This document shows positions 7,646 to 7,771 of a stretch of 7,771 nucleotides of DNA, in pieces. The position numbers and the translations under genes are program-made. Where the stretch lies: assembly GCF_006345805.1 (NCBI RefSeq), contig NW_021828761.1, forward strand, positions 1 to 7,771. The letters run 5' to 3'. Origin of the DNA: Octopus sinensis (Eukaryota). Numbering within the stretch: the first letter of the stretch is position 1; every line of letters starts with the position of its first letter. The notes below the pieces were generated by a model, which worked only from the letters and a program-made list of their open reading frames with translations, made no database searches and had not been told where the DNA came from.

Positions 7646-7771
7646 TTGGTGAAACAGATGAGCTCCTGGGAGAGGCTAAGGGAACTGAAGCTCCACTCCC
7701 TATAAATAAAGTGAGAAACGTACGTAATGATATACATATGGAAGATGCCGGAAGGTCTAGTACCCAAGTTT
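7646..7771 (+). pseudogene. Decayed CR1/L2-group LINE ORF2 fragment (C-terminal to the reverse transcriptase), running off the window end
   Basis: Translates [40 protein letters not shown]. This matches the recalled motif lsYwERLkeLkLySLerRReRY.iiy.wKil.g. In-frame stops lie at 7703 and 7712. Confidence 0.82.

Overview
This is repeat-saturated eukaryotic non-coding DNA (intron or intergenic). The SINE sequences match ones I recall from coleoid cephalopod genomes, most likely Octopus; that is recognition from memory, not a database search. No intact protein-coding gene, RNA gene or CRISPR array is supported, and nearly all listed ORFs are microsatellite or antisense-SINE artefacts. The left ~3.2 kb is one old ~36-bp minisatellite with higher-order structure and a GTTAC(A/G)TAAT core. 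It is interrupted by a 71-bp copy of a sequence 2.5 kb downstream, three head-to-tail SINEs fused to the 3' end of a mariner transposon, and a hAT/Charlie-like MITE that itself carries a SINE. The middle is di- and trinucleotide simple sequence. The right end holds an inverted SINE pair, three degenerate copies of another repeat, GA and GATA/GACA microsatellites, and a decayed CR1/L2-type LINE ORF2 fragment. I cannot demonstrate a new biological system here. The best lead is that the minisatellite core is a perfect PAR-bZIP/E4BP4 D-box (RTTAYGTAAY), present in 14 exact copies.
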